Source of the DNA: Parasitella parasitica NRRL 2501
Lineage: Eukaryota; Fungi; Mucoromycota
Reading direction: 5' to 3'
Length of the DNA stretch: 64,000 nt
NCBI GenBank assembly: GCA_025201805.1
Contig: MU619258.1
Span: 143,455 to 207,454 of the forward strand
Positions 39,221 through 53,284 of this stretch are shown one piece after another. Within the stretch, counting starts at the first letter, position 1; every line of letters begins with the position of its first letter. Below the pieces are notes generated by a model, which saw nothing but the letters and a program-made list of their open reading frames with translations, ran no database searches and was not told where the DNA came from. The position numbers and the translations under genes are program-made.

Positions 39221-40933
39221 TTAAGCATATAAAAATATCTCTCCTTCCGCACAGCCGAATAATAGCAATTGATCTGTTGGTATAATATTAAAGGAACTAA
39301 CAGCAGATTTGATAATCGAAGGTTTGAATTTTGAGGAGTATGCTTGAAACTATGGACAATATAATATAATTTAATGTCTTGTGCATGATATATGATATTA
39401 ATGATAAAATTAACTTACATCGTCGTTGATGGGAATAAACGATACAGAATTATTGCCATTGATTGTCAATATCTCATCCTTGTATATATCTAAAGAAGTG
39501 ACATCTTGTGAGGCAGAGATAGTCTTGACCAAAGCTAATCTGTTTACATTCCAACAGCAAATTAAATGGTCTGCTGGTGCACAGGACAATAGTAGATCAT
39601 CTGTATAGAATTTCATCTGTTTTGAAGTGTAAGATTGGACATTTGTTTGAATATATGCATACTGTCAAACATACTGATGTTATCTCGGTGTCTCCTCCTT
39701 TCCAACTAGCCACAAGGGTGCCTGTTCTTGATTCAACTAGCGAAATGGCACCAGTTGAAAAGCCAACAGCAACCAAGGTTTCTGCAGGATTCACTGCAAT
39801 CACTCGAATGACACCATTCACCATACAGTTTGACTTCCATGTGTGCAATGGCAAATAGTTGTGCGCATCAAAAAAGGTGATGTTGCCTTCAATCGTGCCT
39901 CCAACTAAATGCCTGGATTGAAATATGGGCTTGAGAGATACAACCGAAGATCTTCCACCTGAAAACTGATGTAGACCTGAACCAGTCTCAGGATCCCATA
40001 ACTTTTTATAAAGACTATTAGCTATTATGCACTTTCAGCAGTTGTCAAAACTTACATGAACATGCCCATCGCAACTAGCTACGATATCATTCAAGCCGCC
40101 AGTAGTCAAGAAATGAACATCATTGATTGTAGCTCTTTTATGGCCTGTATAGGTAACCAAACTCTCTGAAAATGGATTGGTTTCCCAATGTTCAATACCT
40201 CGATGCACGTTTAATGACCAGATTTTGACAGTTTTGTCTCTCGAGCCCGAAGCAAATATTTTTGCAGACTCGTTTACAGCAAATGTGCGTATGGCAGCAC
40301 TATGACCAGCAAACCCCCTCAATTTAAGATCATTAAACGAAAATTGCATTGATTTTGACATTTCTTCGGAGTTTGTAGACAAAAATCGGTTCCAGTTTCT
40401 ACGTTGTAGGTTAATATGGCATAATATGGCAAGTCTTTTCTGTACACACGTACTTTTTATCCTCTGGTGATGGCTTCCATTTTGTTTTCCAGGGCAATAC
40501 GCTTGTTGGCACTTTAGTTTTACCTTCTTTCTCGTTGGGTTTAATAAGCGTATTATCGCTTGATTTTGGCTTTGGGTTCTCTGCAATTAACAAAGTAGAC
40601 GTAGCAGATGTTGCTGATGAAGAAATGGTGTTGGCTACCGAAATCACGTTATTGGTTGATGCCATATCAAGCTTATTATCCACACAGTTGGAATGTGTAA
40701 AACCGAACAACTGGATGTCTCTTGTTGCAAATTCATACAATCGAGTAGCGTCAATGTGCTGTATGCTATTCTTTCCAGTTCTTATAGATAAATCGTCTGT
40801 AATCATATTTGCGGACGACTTTGATGATATAGAGGATGCATCATTTTCTGCCTGGGCTGGTTTCTTGTTAGATACCATCCAAGCCATAAATTTGCTGTTG
40901 CTACTGCTTGGTTGGGGTTGCTGCTGCTGCTGC

Positions 40934-40966
<33 letters not shown>

Positions 40967-43900
40967 GAAAAAATAGAGGTTGTGTCTGATTTGGTTGACG
41001 AGATACTTATAGGAGCTCTCCTTCTCGTAGGCAGCGAAGTAGAAACAGACGCTGTTAATTCTTCAATTGGTATATTTTGACTGCATGAAAAGTGATTAAA
41101 CATCATTGTCTCGATGGAATCACTAAAAGAATCAGATATCAGTATCTTAAGGCATTGTATTGACAGACTAATTACAATACCTTGTTGGTATCACACGCCT
41201 TAACTTTTCAATGGATGCAATATGACTAAACTTGTGGTAAGCATACATCATTTGGTAGCTTTTTTGTGCTGCAAGTGAACTTGAAGCTTTATTTTTGACC
41301 GAATCACCATCGCCATCGTCGGTATCAAGCGTAAATCCAGAAAAATACTTTTGCAGTGTCGATACAATCTATATATAATACATTTGTCATTAAAACACGC
41401 ATTTAAAAATACATCGTATACTTGCCGTTGATTCCCATTCTTGGACTGTTAGCTTCTGACTTGCCATTAACAGATAGTCGATAGTTTTCATACTTAAAGT
41501 CAATCGTAATTTCATCTGTTCAGGTGCAATTAATTTGACATCGTCAGCTGTATGAATAGGCTCAAGTAGCTGGTATAGAGTTGAAATAAACCCTGATTTG
41601 AGTTCTGTCACTAATGCTTCATTCGACATGTAGGGTACCAGGTCTTGTAGCAATGTCAATATGGAGCAAATACATTTAGTGTTCTTGCTTGACATGGATT
41701 TACGATAGCTATCGATCAAACTGATCAGATAAGCGTATTGCACAGAGGTAAATGTAGACCCAAATCCTCCAATGATATGCACAGTCGTTCGAATTAGTGG
41801 GTATCGTATATGGTTGCCTCGTAATATGATTTTTACTAGTTGTCGAACGATATGCTTGGACGTCAGTATTGGGCCAAGTAAGTTGCAAATATGGGTCATT
41901 GCATCTCCAGCAAGATCTGAGGTGGGCTTTGATTTTTCAGTGGTTGTTTCTGCTGATACTGTTATGGTTGGCGTGGGTGCTGTTATTTTTGAGCTGCTCT
42001 GCTTTTTATTGTCGCATGCAGGGTCATGGATGGCAAGCGCTTCAAGATAGCATGGCAGCAACTGCTGTAAGAACACTGTGATTCCCAATCTTTTGACGAA
42101 TTCGTTTATGATTTTGTGTGTAAAGAGTATTCTTGGTATATTAGGTCGTAGCGCCTCAAACATCGAAATTATCCTCTTTAGCAGATATGTGCGAGCCTTT
42201 TCAGGTCCCAATCTTTGAGCTAGTTTTGGGAATAAACTGATCGACCCAATGCGTGTTTCGATGTGCGTAAATAGCTGAGAGAAACTAGGCAATAGTAACA
42301 AAAATGCCTACAGTCTTTGTTAGTCAGAAGTGTTGCATAAGTAGGCTAAAACTTACTTCGTCTTCTAAATCACAAATACGGTCGATCCATTTATCGGCCA
42401 GATACAGTCTTCTCGACCACTCTGCCTGATGAAAAGCAGCAAGATAATCATACATTTCGGGTACAGTGTCAGGAAAAGGGAAGGAGCAACGACTACTTTG
42501 TACACTCACTACAGGAAACGATGCACAGAGTATAGCTTTGGCTGTAGGTCTATCTTGCCAATGATCCGATTTAAGAGCTGAGATAACATTTGTAACAGCA
42601 GGCGACATATCCGCTTTGCCTGTGGTTGTAATGTCGCAAGATGCTTCGCCATTCCGTGCTTCAAAATACCCACTAGCAGATGCATGAGGCAGCTCCCCGC
42701 CTAAATCAACTGCTTTAAAGTTACCAGCAGTATAGATACTTTCGATGACATGACTCAGACAGTACATGTCATGCGACGCGCTGATAGAAAATGGATTAGG
42801 GGCTTTGCTGGAGGATGTATCCCTGGGATCAATAGTAAAACGCTGAGGTGGGTTTGGATACACTGGATTGAGCACAACCTCTGCCTTATTCATGGATTTA
42901 TACTTGGCCGCAAACGCAACCATATCTTCAAAATGATCCAAATCATCAATAAAATGCATTTCATCCATGTGAAGAGGCATTCGGATAGGCTCGCTTCGAA
43001 GCACCGAAATGAAGGGTTCCGCTGCTGCTATAGACGACGGTAAACTGCGACTAGTGTCAATGGAAGAAGCGGACGAGTGAATTGAAGGTGTACGGTCCCT
43101 GTTGGTATTGATGGATGCAGCAGTAGTGGTCCCTGTTGGTGATGCGTTTGCCATATGGGAAAGCAAGCCTGTCGTTGCACTATCGACACTAGTACTGTTT
43201 GATAAGATAGTCTGTCTGGTGAGGACACTGTTGCTTCTGTGCGATTTTGAAATTGCAGGAGCTGTTGCTGTTGCTTGTGCGGCAGGCACATCTATAATTG
43301 TGCTTGACTCCAATGTATCTGTATTTGCTATAGAAGCTGCAAGATGCATCGTTGTCGGTGAGTTTGCCGTCGATATCTGATCCCTTTTCCAGTTGCATCC
43401 ACGCTGAGGGTGTTTATCTTTGAATAGCTGGATAATGCCATGTTTCATAAAACTATTTTGCCCAGCCAGCAACGGTAATGCCACATTCTTAGCTTCGATG
43501 GCACCTTTTCCCGTTAAATCATTGCCAAACGTAAGGTCAATCCAGTGATGCAAATTAAATGATACATAATCGCTCTCAAGTGCTTCTGAATGCTTCAAAA
43601 TGAAATCCTCTGGCGACTCTGCCCACTTTGGGATTTGGATGTCTGGCATGTCTGCATGCACTGATTTAAAAATGGTTGGATCTGTGTAGAATTCGGGTAT
43701 ACATTCATCGGGTGTCCATTGATACAATCGTTGCATGGATGAAGGGTATTCATTGGGTTCGTATTTAGATCTTACAAATTGGCACAGAACTGGTATAGGT
43801 GTTTTTCGAGCTTGATAAACATAATATGTGATATCCGATAAAATGTCAGTGATATGGTGTGGCACAGGTCCGTCAAAGGTGAAATCCAACTGCTCATCCC

Positions 43901-45154
43901 CTTTATTGATACGAAATTTGGTTTGTTTAAAGTTGCGCCATCCATCAGCAACAGAGTCGCCGGAAAAGTCTGTGATCCAAGGCAAAATTGGATGGAAATT
44001 CGGATCGCCTTCTCTTCTCCCGGCCAAATGGTTCAATGCCATTAAATAGCTGTAATTGGATATTTTGCCCTTTACCCAACTGACGACAAGCGGCTCCTCT
44101 GGTATCTCTCTAGACAGCTTTAATGACTCTTGTTCATATAGCCACTTTTTCAAATCTAGAAAACTAATCAACAACCGTGTGCAGCATAGAACGCTTGTAT
44201 CTTACTAAAATCGATCGGATTTGGCTCAAATTCCATGCCGGCCAACTGTATCCAAAGATTCTCGTCTACAAGAATGTTAGATGCTTTAATACTTCCATGT
44301 ACGATCCCTCTGCTGTGTAAACTGGCAACCACTCGTAATAACTGGTATATAATGAAGGATTTCTTCAGGTTGGAGCAAAGTACACCTGGGTTATATGTTA
44401 TAAGATCTTGCAGTGTAGTTCCGCGATAAGAAGCCAAAAAATAGTAGGCAGTGTCCGTTTCTATCAAAGCAAAAACCTCAGGCAAATTCGAGTTTGAGCT
44501 ATCCGGCTCCTGTTCGCAAACAACGCTTTCTTGCTCCAGTAAAATATGGTCATAATTGTCGCTATCTGGTATTGATATTCTCTTGAATCTTTTGCAGTTT
44601 GGCCATAGCATTGTCTGCATTGTTTTCACGAATTCAGATTGATCTCCTGAAGGCAAATACTCACTAAACGCATCATTGAGCATCTCGATTTTCTGGTCCG
44701 CTCCTTTTCCTTCTAAAAGTGATTGCATATAGTTGATGAGCGGCCATCTATCTTGTGTACTCTTGTTTGCATCTTGGCTGTCGTTAGTAGACAGTGGCTT
44801 GTATATGGATAAACTGTTTGCTCTGTCTTTACATAATACGGCAGCATAGATATTGACTGTAGGCGCTTGCTTCTGCAATGATCCTTCTGTTACGTTTCGA
44901 AAAGACCCGGGATTCTTGAGCATAATTGGTCTGTCCGTTGATGTCGTGCTTTTGATTTTGTCAATCCACTCTGTATCTACCTACAAGCATGTATTTTTAA
45001 AGCTCTAGCTTGCATAAACTGGGTGAAAACTTACAACGCAACACGCGCTTGAACCTGTTTTTCTTCCAAGAGGGAAAAAGGGAAATGCAACATCTATCTT
45101 GAGATCTTGGTGTATCTTTTGCTTCAGCTCTTGCGTACTATAGTTGTTTCCCAT
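39221..45154 (-). CDS. WDR81-like protein: kinase-like N-terminal region, BEACH domain, helical region, WD40 repeats
   Basis: LHSRGIVHGSIKASNILVD; BEACH WVKGKISNYSYLMALNHLAGRREGDPNFHPILPW, FRINKGDEQLD, YQWTPDECIPEFY, LHHWIDLTFG; WD40 FAGHSAAIR..SGSRDKTVKIWS. Starts MGNNYS, ends EIFLYA*. Confidence 0.9.
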
Positions 45155-45287
45155 GGCAAACAAATCAAGTGAAAAGAGTTTAATAAGGAGAAAACGAGCA
45201 CAGAATACAGTTTTTGGAAACAAGCTCTCGTCGAGGTATTTAAGGAACCGCCTGTCCCACCCAACTTTGCAATGATGCTTCTGCTTG

Positions 45288-45778
45288 AAATTGTCCAGTA
45301 AGTCTTGGCTGGCAATGATCCCAAGCATTGTCGATTCTGATCGCTGTGTCTGCTGCAATCAGGTAAAAACTGCCGAGCATCTGATCATTAGTTGCCCTCA
45401 CAAACTGGACATCTGGCGCCCCATGTTGACCATGTGTATATTAGCAATGCAGACCAATTGTCTCTGCACCGTGTCTACACCGACCTTCGGGAGCTCACAC
45501 TTTCCTCCTACCTTTTCCGGCCTGCCGTCTCTACCATCTCCATCATAGACTGCTTTTCTGTAGTACTCTACTAAGTCTGGCGAGCCCATTGGTGCCATCA
45601 CTTCGATGCCGTCCCGCTTATACCACAGCATGTGTTTCGAATCATTCACAAAGAGTTATTCATTCGTTATCATTTTGAGTTGTCCCTGTCCTGCACACAC
45701 CTCAATCCACTCAATTCGATGAGTTTTATTTGTTTTAACCCTATTTCAATAAATAAAATCTTTCGTCCATAAAAAAAA
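45288..45778 (+). mobile_element. 5'-truncated non-LTR retrotransposon with poly-A tail and 14-bp target-site duplication
   Basis: ORF2 C-terminal remnant CVCC...TAEHLIISCPHKLDIW and WRAHW..HFD; AATAAA then A8; GATGCTTCTGCTTG at both 45274..45287 and 45779..45792. Confidence 0.88.
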
Positions 45779-46037
45779 GATGCTTCTGCTTGCTCAACAT
45801 GGTACGGTACATACAAGAGAACATGATTCACAAAGAGACTCGATTTAGACAAACGGCATCTCGTTTTTATGGTATTGCTGCCAAACTTTATGCTATGCCA
45901 TGCTTTGTAAAACACGGCTCATCAAAAATCACTGGTTTTGACAGTCGTCTCAAGACTACATGTGTTTGCTCTGCATGCTGAAGGTCTAAACAATTATTAG
46001 CAAATAAAACCAATAAAGGCCTCGGGAAGAGATTTAT

Positions 46038-47126
46038 TCATTCAAGAGGTTGGCGCCACCACAATTCCTCTTCATCTTTATTAATGAACATAGTTTCTTC
46101 ATATTTTGTGTCAAGCTTAATATCTTCAAAACCGTAGGTTTGATCATATCGGTCTTTTTCGTCCAAGTCAGACCAACTTGCACCGTCTACTTGACTGAAA
46201 ATGGCCGAGTCATAACTAGCATTATCGATGCTATGAATATGTACAGGTGATAATCGTTGCTTCTCGTAGTTTGGCTTCTTCATATTAGAAAACAATACTT
46301 TCATTTCGCTAATGGATACTCTTTGCGCAGGATCAATAGCAAGCACTTTCTGTAAAAACTCCATATATTCAGGACTAAGATCTGGAAATAATTTTCTTAG
46401 TGACAGTGGATCTCTTTTGAAAGCAGAAAAGTCGGCATCTTTGTCAGAGGCTTCCTGCCATGGATTTCTACCAAAGAGTAGTGCTAATAATACAATTCCT
46501 AACGACCAAACGTCAGAGGCAGCAGCATCACAAGTTCTAGATCTATCATTAGTGGGCGGAAAATGCTCAGGGCCTAAAAAAGTAGTTGAGCCGCATCCAA
46601 ATTCTGATGAAAACCGCTCTTTAGTTGCTAATCCGAAATCTGCTACCTTGATGGAACCATCTTCGTGCAACAAGACGTTCTCCAATTTGATATCGCGATG
46701 ATAGAGGTCCTTTTCATGCATATGTTCAATAGCTTCCAATATTTGTGAGTAAAGAACGTGGCAGTGTGCATTATCAACACCATCGTCCACGTAATCAAAT
46801 AAATCACCTTGCTCACATAAATCCATAATCAGATATGTATAATGATCCTCCTCAATGACTTGGTGAAGGCCGAGTAAATAAGGATGGTCAAGACTTTGTT
46901 GAATATCAATTTCCTGTCTTTGTAGCTCCAATTCATCTTCATTCAGACCATTTTTACACAGCCTTTTTACAGCAAAATATTTCCCATTTTTAAGTAATTG
47001 AGCCAAGAATAAGCAGCCGTAAGATCCATGACCAAGTTCATCCATGAGTAAATATGCATCTTCGTCGCCAATTACTTTGTCAATCTTAGTTTCGGATGCT
47101 TGATTCCAAATGTCTTCTGAAGTCAT
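46038..47126 (-). CDS. Ran1/Pat1 (Sks1/Vhs1)-family Ser/Thr protein kinase, intronless
   Basis: LGHGSYG, AVK, HRDIKLENVLL, DFG, GCGSTTFLGPE, DVWSLGIVL, GRNPW. Confidence 0.9.
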   Translation of the reverse strand: MTSEDIWNQASETKIDKVIGDEDAYLLMDELGHGSYGCLFLAQLLKNGKYFAVKRLCKNGLNEDELELQRQEIDIQQSLDHPYLLGLHQVIEEDHYTYLIMDLCEQGDLFDYVDDGVDNAHCHVLYSQILEAIEHMHEKDLYHRDIKLENVLLHEDGSIKVADFGLATKERFSSEFGCGSTTFLGPEHFPPTNDRSRTCDAAASDVWSLGIVLLALLFGRNPWQEASDKDADFSAFKRDPLSLRKLFPDLSPEYMEFLQKVLAIDPAQRVSISEMKVLFSNMKKPNYEKQRLSPVHIHSIDNASYDSAIFSQVDGASWSDLDEKDRYDQTYGFEDIKLDTKYEETMFINKDEEELWWRQPLE

Positions 47127-49060
47127 GTTTATTGGTATAGAGATTGAATAGATGCGGAAAGAGAGTGAGTGTGTAAAGTTGATTAAACCGGTCTAATACA
47201 CGATGCAGTGATCCTTTAAAGGAGATATGGATTGAAATAAAAAAAAATTGGATGAAAAGAAATATATATATATATATATATATACAACTACTATGCAATG
47301 GGGTTTATTCAGACGAAATAGCTCTGATGGTTCTTTATATTTTCATACAGTGGATATTGCTTGACTTATTGTTCCGATTGTTAAAGGACTAGCACAATGT
47401 CCATTTTTTGAGAAAGAAAAAAATAGGATACAAAGGGATGAGGTGTTGTATCTTTTTTTATGATACAAATTAAAGAAGAAAAACATGGCATATACACAAG
47501 AATTCCAATTGATGCTATTGTTGTGTGCGAAATGCTCCTGCTTCCCGTTTTAAACACATTAATTTTTTTTTTCTAAACATGTGCATATGCACACGTGTCT
47601 TTGGCAATTTTAAATTGAAATAAGCTTCAAGCATGTTGTAATTATATACAAATGTACTCATTGCTCATTGTATAAATGTATGTATATTCAACGTATTTAT
47701 TGTGAATCGATTAGATAAACCGAAGCATATTCAAACGTCTCTAAGCCAAAATTTGAATTAAGCAGTTTTGTTGTATAGAATAAAAATAACTATGCTCATT
47801 CAAAGCACAGAGCAACACATTTATCATGCTTGCATAAGCATACAAATGGGGTTTATCTTGTGTCATGAAAATTCTTCTTGGCGAATATTATAGTCATTTA
47901 ATGTAAAGAGTAATAATAAACATATGTATTTAACCTCAAACAAATAATGGAGATATAAATAAGCCTTTTTACGCATATGATAGTATCAGAAGAATGCAAT
48001 CAGGATTGATCTATACAAGAAATGAAAGTTTTTTTTTGCCTATTACTTGGGATGGTTGCAGTTCTTACACCATGCTTATAAATTAGGATGATAATGGTGC
48101 ATTCTTACTGAACATCATGATTTTAAAATCTTGTGATTCATCATCGATGTGTGTCGTCAATTAAACTAAGCTCATTGTTTTTTAGAGATGAGTCTCTTCT
48201 CAAGTGTACCTTGAATTTAATTATAGTCCTACAAGCTCATATTGCCTAAAAATTTCTAAATTTGTCTATATAGTGCTTTTATGATTTTTGTTTAGACACT
48301 TCGAACAGCCAATTGTAGTAAACCTATTGAAAAGATCCCTTCATCTTAAACGGTATTTTGCTTATCCAACGGCGGTCTGTATCCGAGATCCATCAGCAAA
48401 GATCCTTATGTTTTTTGTATTATACATGTTAGCCTATCTTGTAATCTTATTCTTTGCGCATAATTTTTGTGTTCTATAGTGTGTAAAGTTGATCAAGTTT
48501 TATTTCTGCAAAAGAACTTTGTGCTGGTCTGTCATTTATATCAAAATTTTGTTTATTACTTTGAGTTAATATGCTCTATGCACTCTACTAAATCTGAGAC
48601 ACTGGTAAGAGAATGATAGTGAGGTTCGGGGGATATGATGTATTGAATTGATCCAAATGTGATATTTCACTCCTGAGATGAGTTTATACTGATTTGACAT
48701 CTGGTTTTGGGATTGATGCATCAAGAGGTGTCAGTAATAAGTAAAAAATTCTTTGGTAGATCTGTTTTCTATTGACGTTTGATATAACAGGTCAGGGAAA
48801 CTCAATGGGATATATAATTGGAAGCTATATAAATGCCTTGCTTCTATGGTTGGGCCATGAAGGTTGGTATTACCAACCATCTGATTGATGTCTATGATCT
48901 GTGGTAAGAGGCTGGTTATAGATAATAAATTAATGACATGCAAGTAATATAAGTGTTTGTTTATTGATTTGTGGTAATAAATAGATAGGAAAGCACAGAT
49001 AAATTTGTTAGTTTTCATTTACCTGCGGCAATTAAGTTTGAATATAATACGCTATATAAT

Positions 49061-49440
49061 ATATGTGTATATTACTGGACAAGTAGTGATTGACAGCAAT
49101 ATATGGAGGTAAACTTATAGTAATAAACTCCTTTATAATGATGGATGTTGATCAGAAGTGTCAGATCAATTGTGATAGTAAAACTAGTTAGTCTTTTAAT
49201 TATAGTAATAATTAAAATCAGAATGAAAAGAATTAGAATTAGGCAGATGTTTTCACTACTATTCCAATATCTGTTAAGAGTTGAATCTGTTTATAATAAT
49301 TGGGTGTTTCATGTAAGATGAGACATCATGTAATGTGAATCAATACATTATGCCTTATTGCAACAGGCACGATTATCGCTATCTGAGCATAACTTGAATT
49401 CCCTTGTGGGTGACCTGTCTATCAAAAGTTATGTATAAAG
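49061..49440. repeat. Dispersed repeat mosaic: inverted copy of 34033..34297 plus a direct copy of 34508..34584
   Basis: Also shares aacaggca.gat.atcgctatctgagcataacttga...tatcaaaagttat with 34508..34580. Confidence 0.85.
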
Positions 49441-49817
49441 ATACTTTTTATTTTCATTACTAATAGACATTTACAGACATTTGGCCATTACTTTTGCTAA
49501 CGGAACAATAGAAAAGATATCTAACTTGAAAATCATATTTGTATGGAGAAAAAACATAAAAGGTGAAGATGACGTGAGGAGTAATCATACATGTAAACGC
49601 ATACAACAAATATAACTGAAGATCAGCTAGCTAGCTGCTAGAAACTATGTTACGTTGTTCCTGCGGAATAATGTAATAAGGTAAAGGACTTATAATAGTA
49701 GGGATTGCAAAATGAATCCACTATCGAATATTGCCGATGCATACTAATTTCAAGATATACTCAATCATAACAATGTCTCCCAAAAAAAAGTTCTTTGATT
49801 GGTATTATGTGTTTCGT

Positions 49818-49894
49818 GAGACAGCCCGCTGTAAGCCATTAGAACGAAGATCGAGTTTTTTCACCATAGTTTGGGGGATGAGAAGATACCTTAT
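49818..49894 (+). mobile_element. Degenerate Helitron 3'-end fragment related to 8298..8420
   Basis: Blocks gacagcccgctg, agaacgaag.tcg and ttttcacc.tagtt.ggggg occur in the same order as in the Helitron 3' terminus. Confidence 0.7.
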
Positions 49895-50191
49895 TAAATA
49901 TGTATTTTAAGACGAAAGTTTAGAGCATCATCCGTATTTTGAGTGCACCAAGTACTATTAACAAATGTTACCATTGCTATCCGATGTGATACACATTTAA
50001 TAAAGAATTGTGCGATCTGTTTAAACAACATTATTTCCCATCCGATTTTAGATTAGCAGCAGATGCAGTACCTTCTTGATAAAAATTACTTTGACAAGTG
50101 ATATAATATCAACCACTTTTATTGCCATATACTGAAACGAATAAGTCAAAAATAAAAATAAAAAAAACAAAACATGGAGGGAGAGGGATCA

Positions 50192-51563
50192 TCAAGGGGA
50201 ACTTTTATGGCCAATGGGACCAAAAGCACTTCGATGATTCTTAGTATTTGCAGAGGGGATGAATGGATGATTTTCAAGTAATTCAATACTAGACAATGGA
50301 TGACCAAAATTTGAGATGGTTGAACGAAAAGGATGGTTGTTGGGTATGTTTGTGTTGTAATTAAAATCGACTTTATATAAGCAAAGCGGGTCAGTTTGAT
50401 TTTGTTTAGGTATGATGTCCAGATCTAAACCTGTTGAAAAAGGAGAGTACCAATTTTTGTTTGTTTTTTTTACAATGAAATGATCCTTTTCTTCGTCATC
50501 ATCAGCATCATCTTCGCTATGAACAGGTGTTGGTTCAAATGAATATAAGTTCAATGGTTGTTCAGCTTCAACATGATCGTTGATGGAAGATGTACAAGAG
50601 AATGTTGGAGAAGGAAAAAAGTGTGTGACAGTAGTTGCAGGGTCAATATTTACATCTAATTCTTTTTTCCTTTGTTGATTTTTCTTTGTGCCAGAAACAC
50701 TCACCCAATTGCCGATTTCGTTGTCCTGTTGCGGTTGCGGTTCATTCTCTTTCTTCAAGTTATTTACAATCGGTGCCGGTGGGGTAGAAGGAGGAGATGC
50801 TATTTGAATGGATCGGGGCCTGTGTCTTGGTTCATTAATTGCAGCTGTTATTTTTTTGGGTTTTCGTCTTTTAGATGATTTTTTCTTCAGTTGTTTTGCA
50901 GGTTCAATTGCTTGTGAGTTGTTAGAATTTAGTGTTTCTTTTTGCTTAATAGTTCTCTTTCTCTATAATATGTTTTTTGGGTTAATTATATTTGCAAATG
51001 TAAATCCGCCGCTTGAATTGATCATCCAAATGCTGCCCCACCCCCACCCTAGCAAACAGAAATGCCCAATGCCAAAAAAAAATTTGTTCACACACAAGAC
51101 AACGATGCATGGGGATGGAAAATCAAGGGGAGTGACAAAAAAAAAGGGATTCATTAGAAATAATATGTTTTTGTATACATCTCCTTTGTAATCTCCCTTT
51201 ATAACGAAAATGATAGCTAAAATAAATTTGTAATACCTTAAATATAATATAAGCTGCATATATAATCGACAAGATGCTCCATGTCACTGGTGATTGCCGT
51301 AATCGAGAAAACAGTCGAATTCGTTTAATTTGTTTATTCGTGTTGAGATTGCGTTGATATGGAATTGAAATATCTGAGGATACATTTCTGATTGTGATTA
51401 GTTGTTGTTGTAGTACAGCTGCAGATGCTGTTGTTTGAAATAGCCAGCTGTTTACATGCGAAAAAATAGCTACAACAAGGATGGAAATGAGCGAAATCAT
51501 GATGAGCAATACAGGAGACATGACAACAAAGGATGTTATCTGTAGCCCTCGAATTGTACGCAT
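50192..51563 (-). CDS. Hypothetical protein with two N-terminal hydrophobic segments and a low-complexity C-terminus; splicing uncertain
   Basis: ORF 51563..51123 has TM-like stretches. A second open frame runs from an acceptor at ~50965 (TTATAG|AGAAAG) to the stop at 50192. Confidence 0.55.
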
Positions 51564-53284
51564 TGTAATAAAGGAAAGTATTGTAAACTTGAAAAAGAAA
51601 CAAGAAAAATGGCCCAGTAGAAAATATTTTCTTTTTTATACCTTTAATTTTCACAAAGCGCCTTGTTTCCCTTTTAACCATGGCTGCAGAAATTATTGAT
51701 TATACCTAGACATGCACTTCCTTATCACTATCAAAAGTATGGACTATTATTTAATGTTGTAATGGATAGATTCTTGGGTTGTTTACTTCTGACAAAAGTT
51801 TTGCGTTTTATACGGGACCTGAAATATACCGAAATGAACCGTGTCTGTATAAGGCATGTAAAGAACGTTATACTCTTGAGGCAAATAAGAAAGTTCAATA
51901 AAAAGTTAATCCCTGCTCTATTTTATAACCACAAATCTACTATCATTTCGCATAATATCTACGAACTTCTATGAAAGGGAAGCTGCTTCTCATTTCCTTG
52001 GTATGTCCAAACATATTAAATGTCACTTGGATAACACTGACATTTGTCAGTACATGAAAAAGATATCCTTGGGTATAGACATATTTACTTGCATGGAATT
52101 ATTGCATCTTTCAATATTGGAACAGCTGCCCTATGGTCAGTGGCCTACAAAATTATTTTTGATTAATTTTTCAGAGACGAGTAATTGGTGCTCATTCTCT
52201 ATCACTTTACAATACATGTGCAAGAATTATAATGAAATAATATATATTAAGTCGCTACTAGTAATAAAAGGCTGCAGTGGTTAAAAGAAGCATGGTACCA
52301 TAATATTACCTTGAGTGCAGCAACCGCTTCCATTTTGAGTCTAGAATTCTAAGGCCATCAATTAGTGCAAAACATCAGTAAAAAAATTGAAAGTCTTATT
52401 AATACATATGCGATGGTTTGACTCAAGTGGTTGTTTTATGATACACATTTATTTATTTGCCTGATACCTTTAACCGGAGACATTTTGAAAGCCAACTTTT
52501 TTTTTTTTTTTTTTTCTGATCTGTCAAATAATTCAATCAAAATCTTTCAGGGCAACCAAGCTATAAGAAGAAAATCGTAATAAAAGGCACTCTACTACAG
52601 TTCCACATCATGCATCAGCCTAAAATTTTAGTTAATGACACCAAATCAAATGCTTTTACTCAAGATATAGACATTTGTGCATTTGAGGTAATGAGGCAAA
52701 TCACTTTAAGGGAGGATAGCAATGGTCCATTATCTCAGTAAATGTACCTCTGTGGACTCTTTGACCACATTTAATGAGTGCTATCCTATGAAAACAGATT
52801 GCCTGTGCACACATCAAGGTTTCGACCCTAATCATATAGTAATGAAAACACAAAGACTACTACTTAACAAATGAAAGTTGATGTAACTAAAGAAAATTGC
52901 TGTTTATGGACAAGGAATAATATTATGGATTTATTTGTGCTTTGGGAAAAAAAGCATTCGTGAATATTTTTTTGGAGTGAGATTTCATAAATATGTTAAT
53001 GTGGTGAGTTGTGTATGTATGTAGGGGGGAGATTATATGTACCAATATGTAACTTTTGATGTATTTTGCAGCTTTTTTTTCAGTTTTGTTTTCTTTTTTT
53101 TTCTTTTTTTTTGTAGTTGTTGTTTCGTGTTTGTGTATTGCGAGGATTTTGAATAATTTAGCTTTGTATAGCTACACTCCTTTTTTNNNNNNNNNNGCAT
53201 GTTTTTACATTTCATCAAACTCTAACAAATCTAACACTTCAATTTAGTATACATAATATATATATATATATCGATCATTATGAG

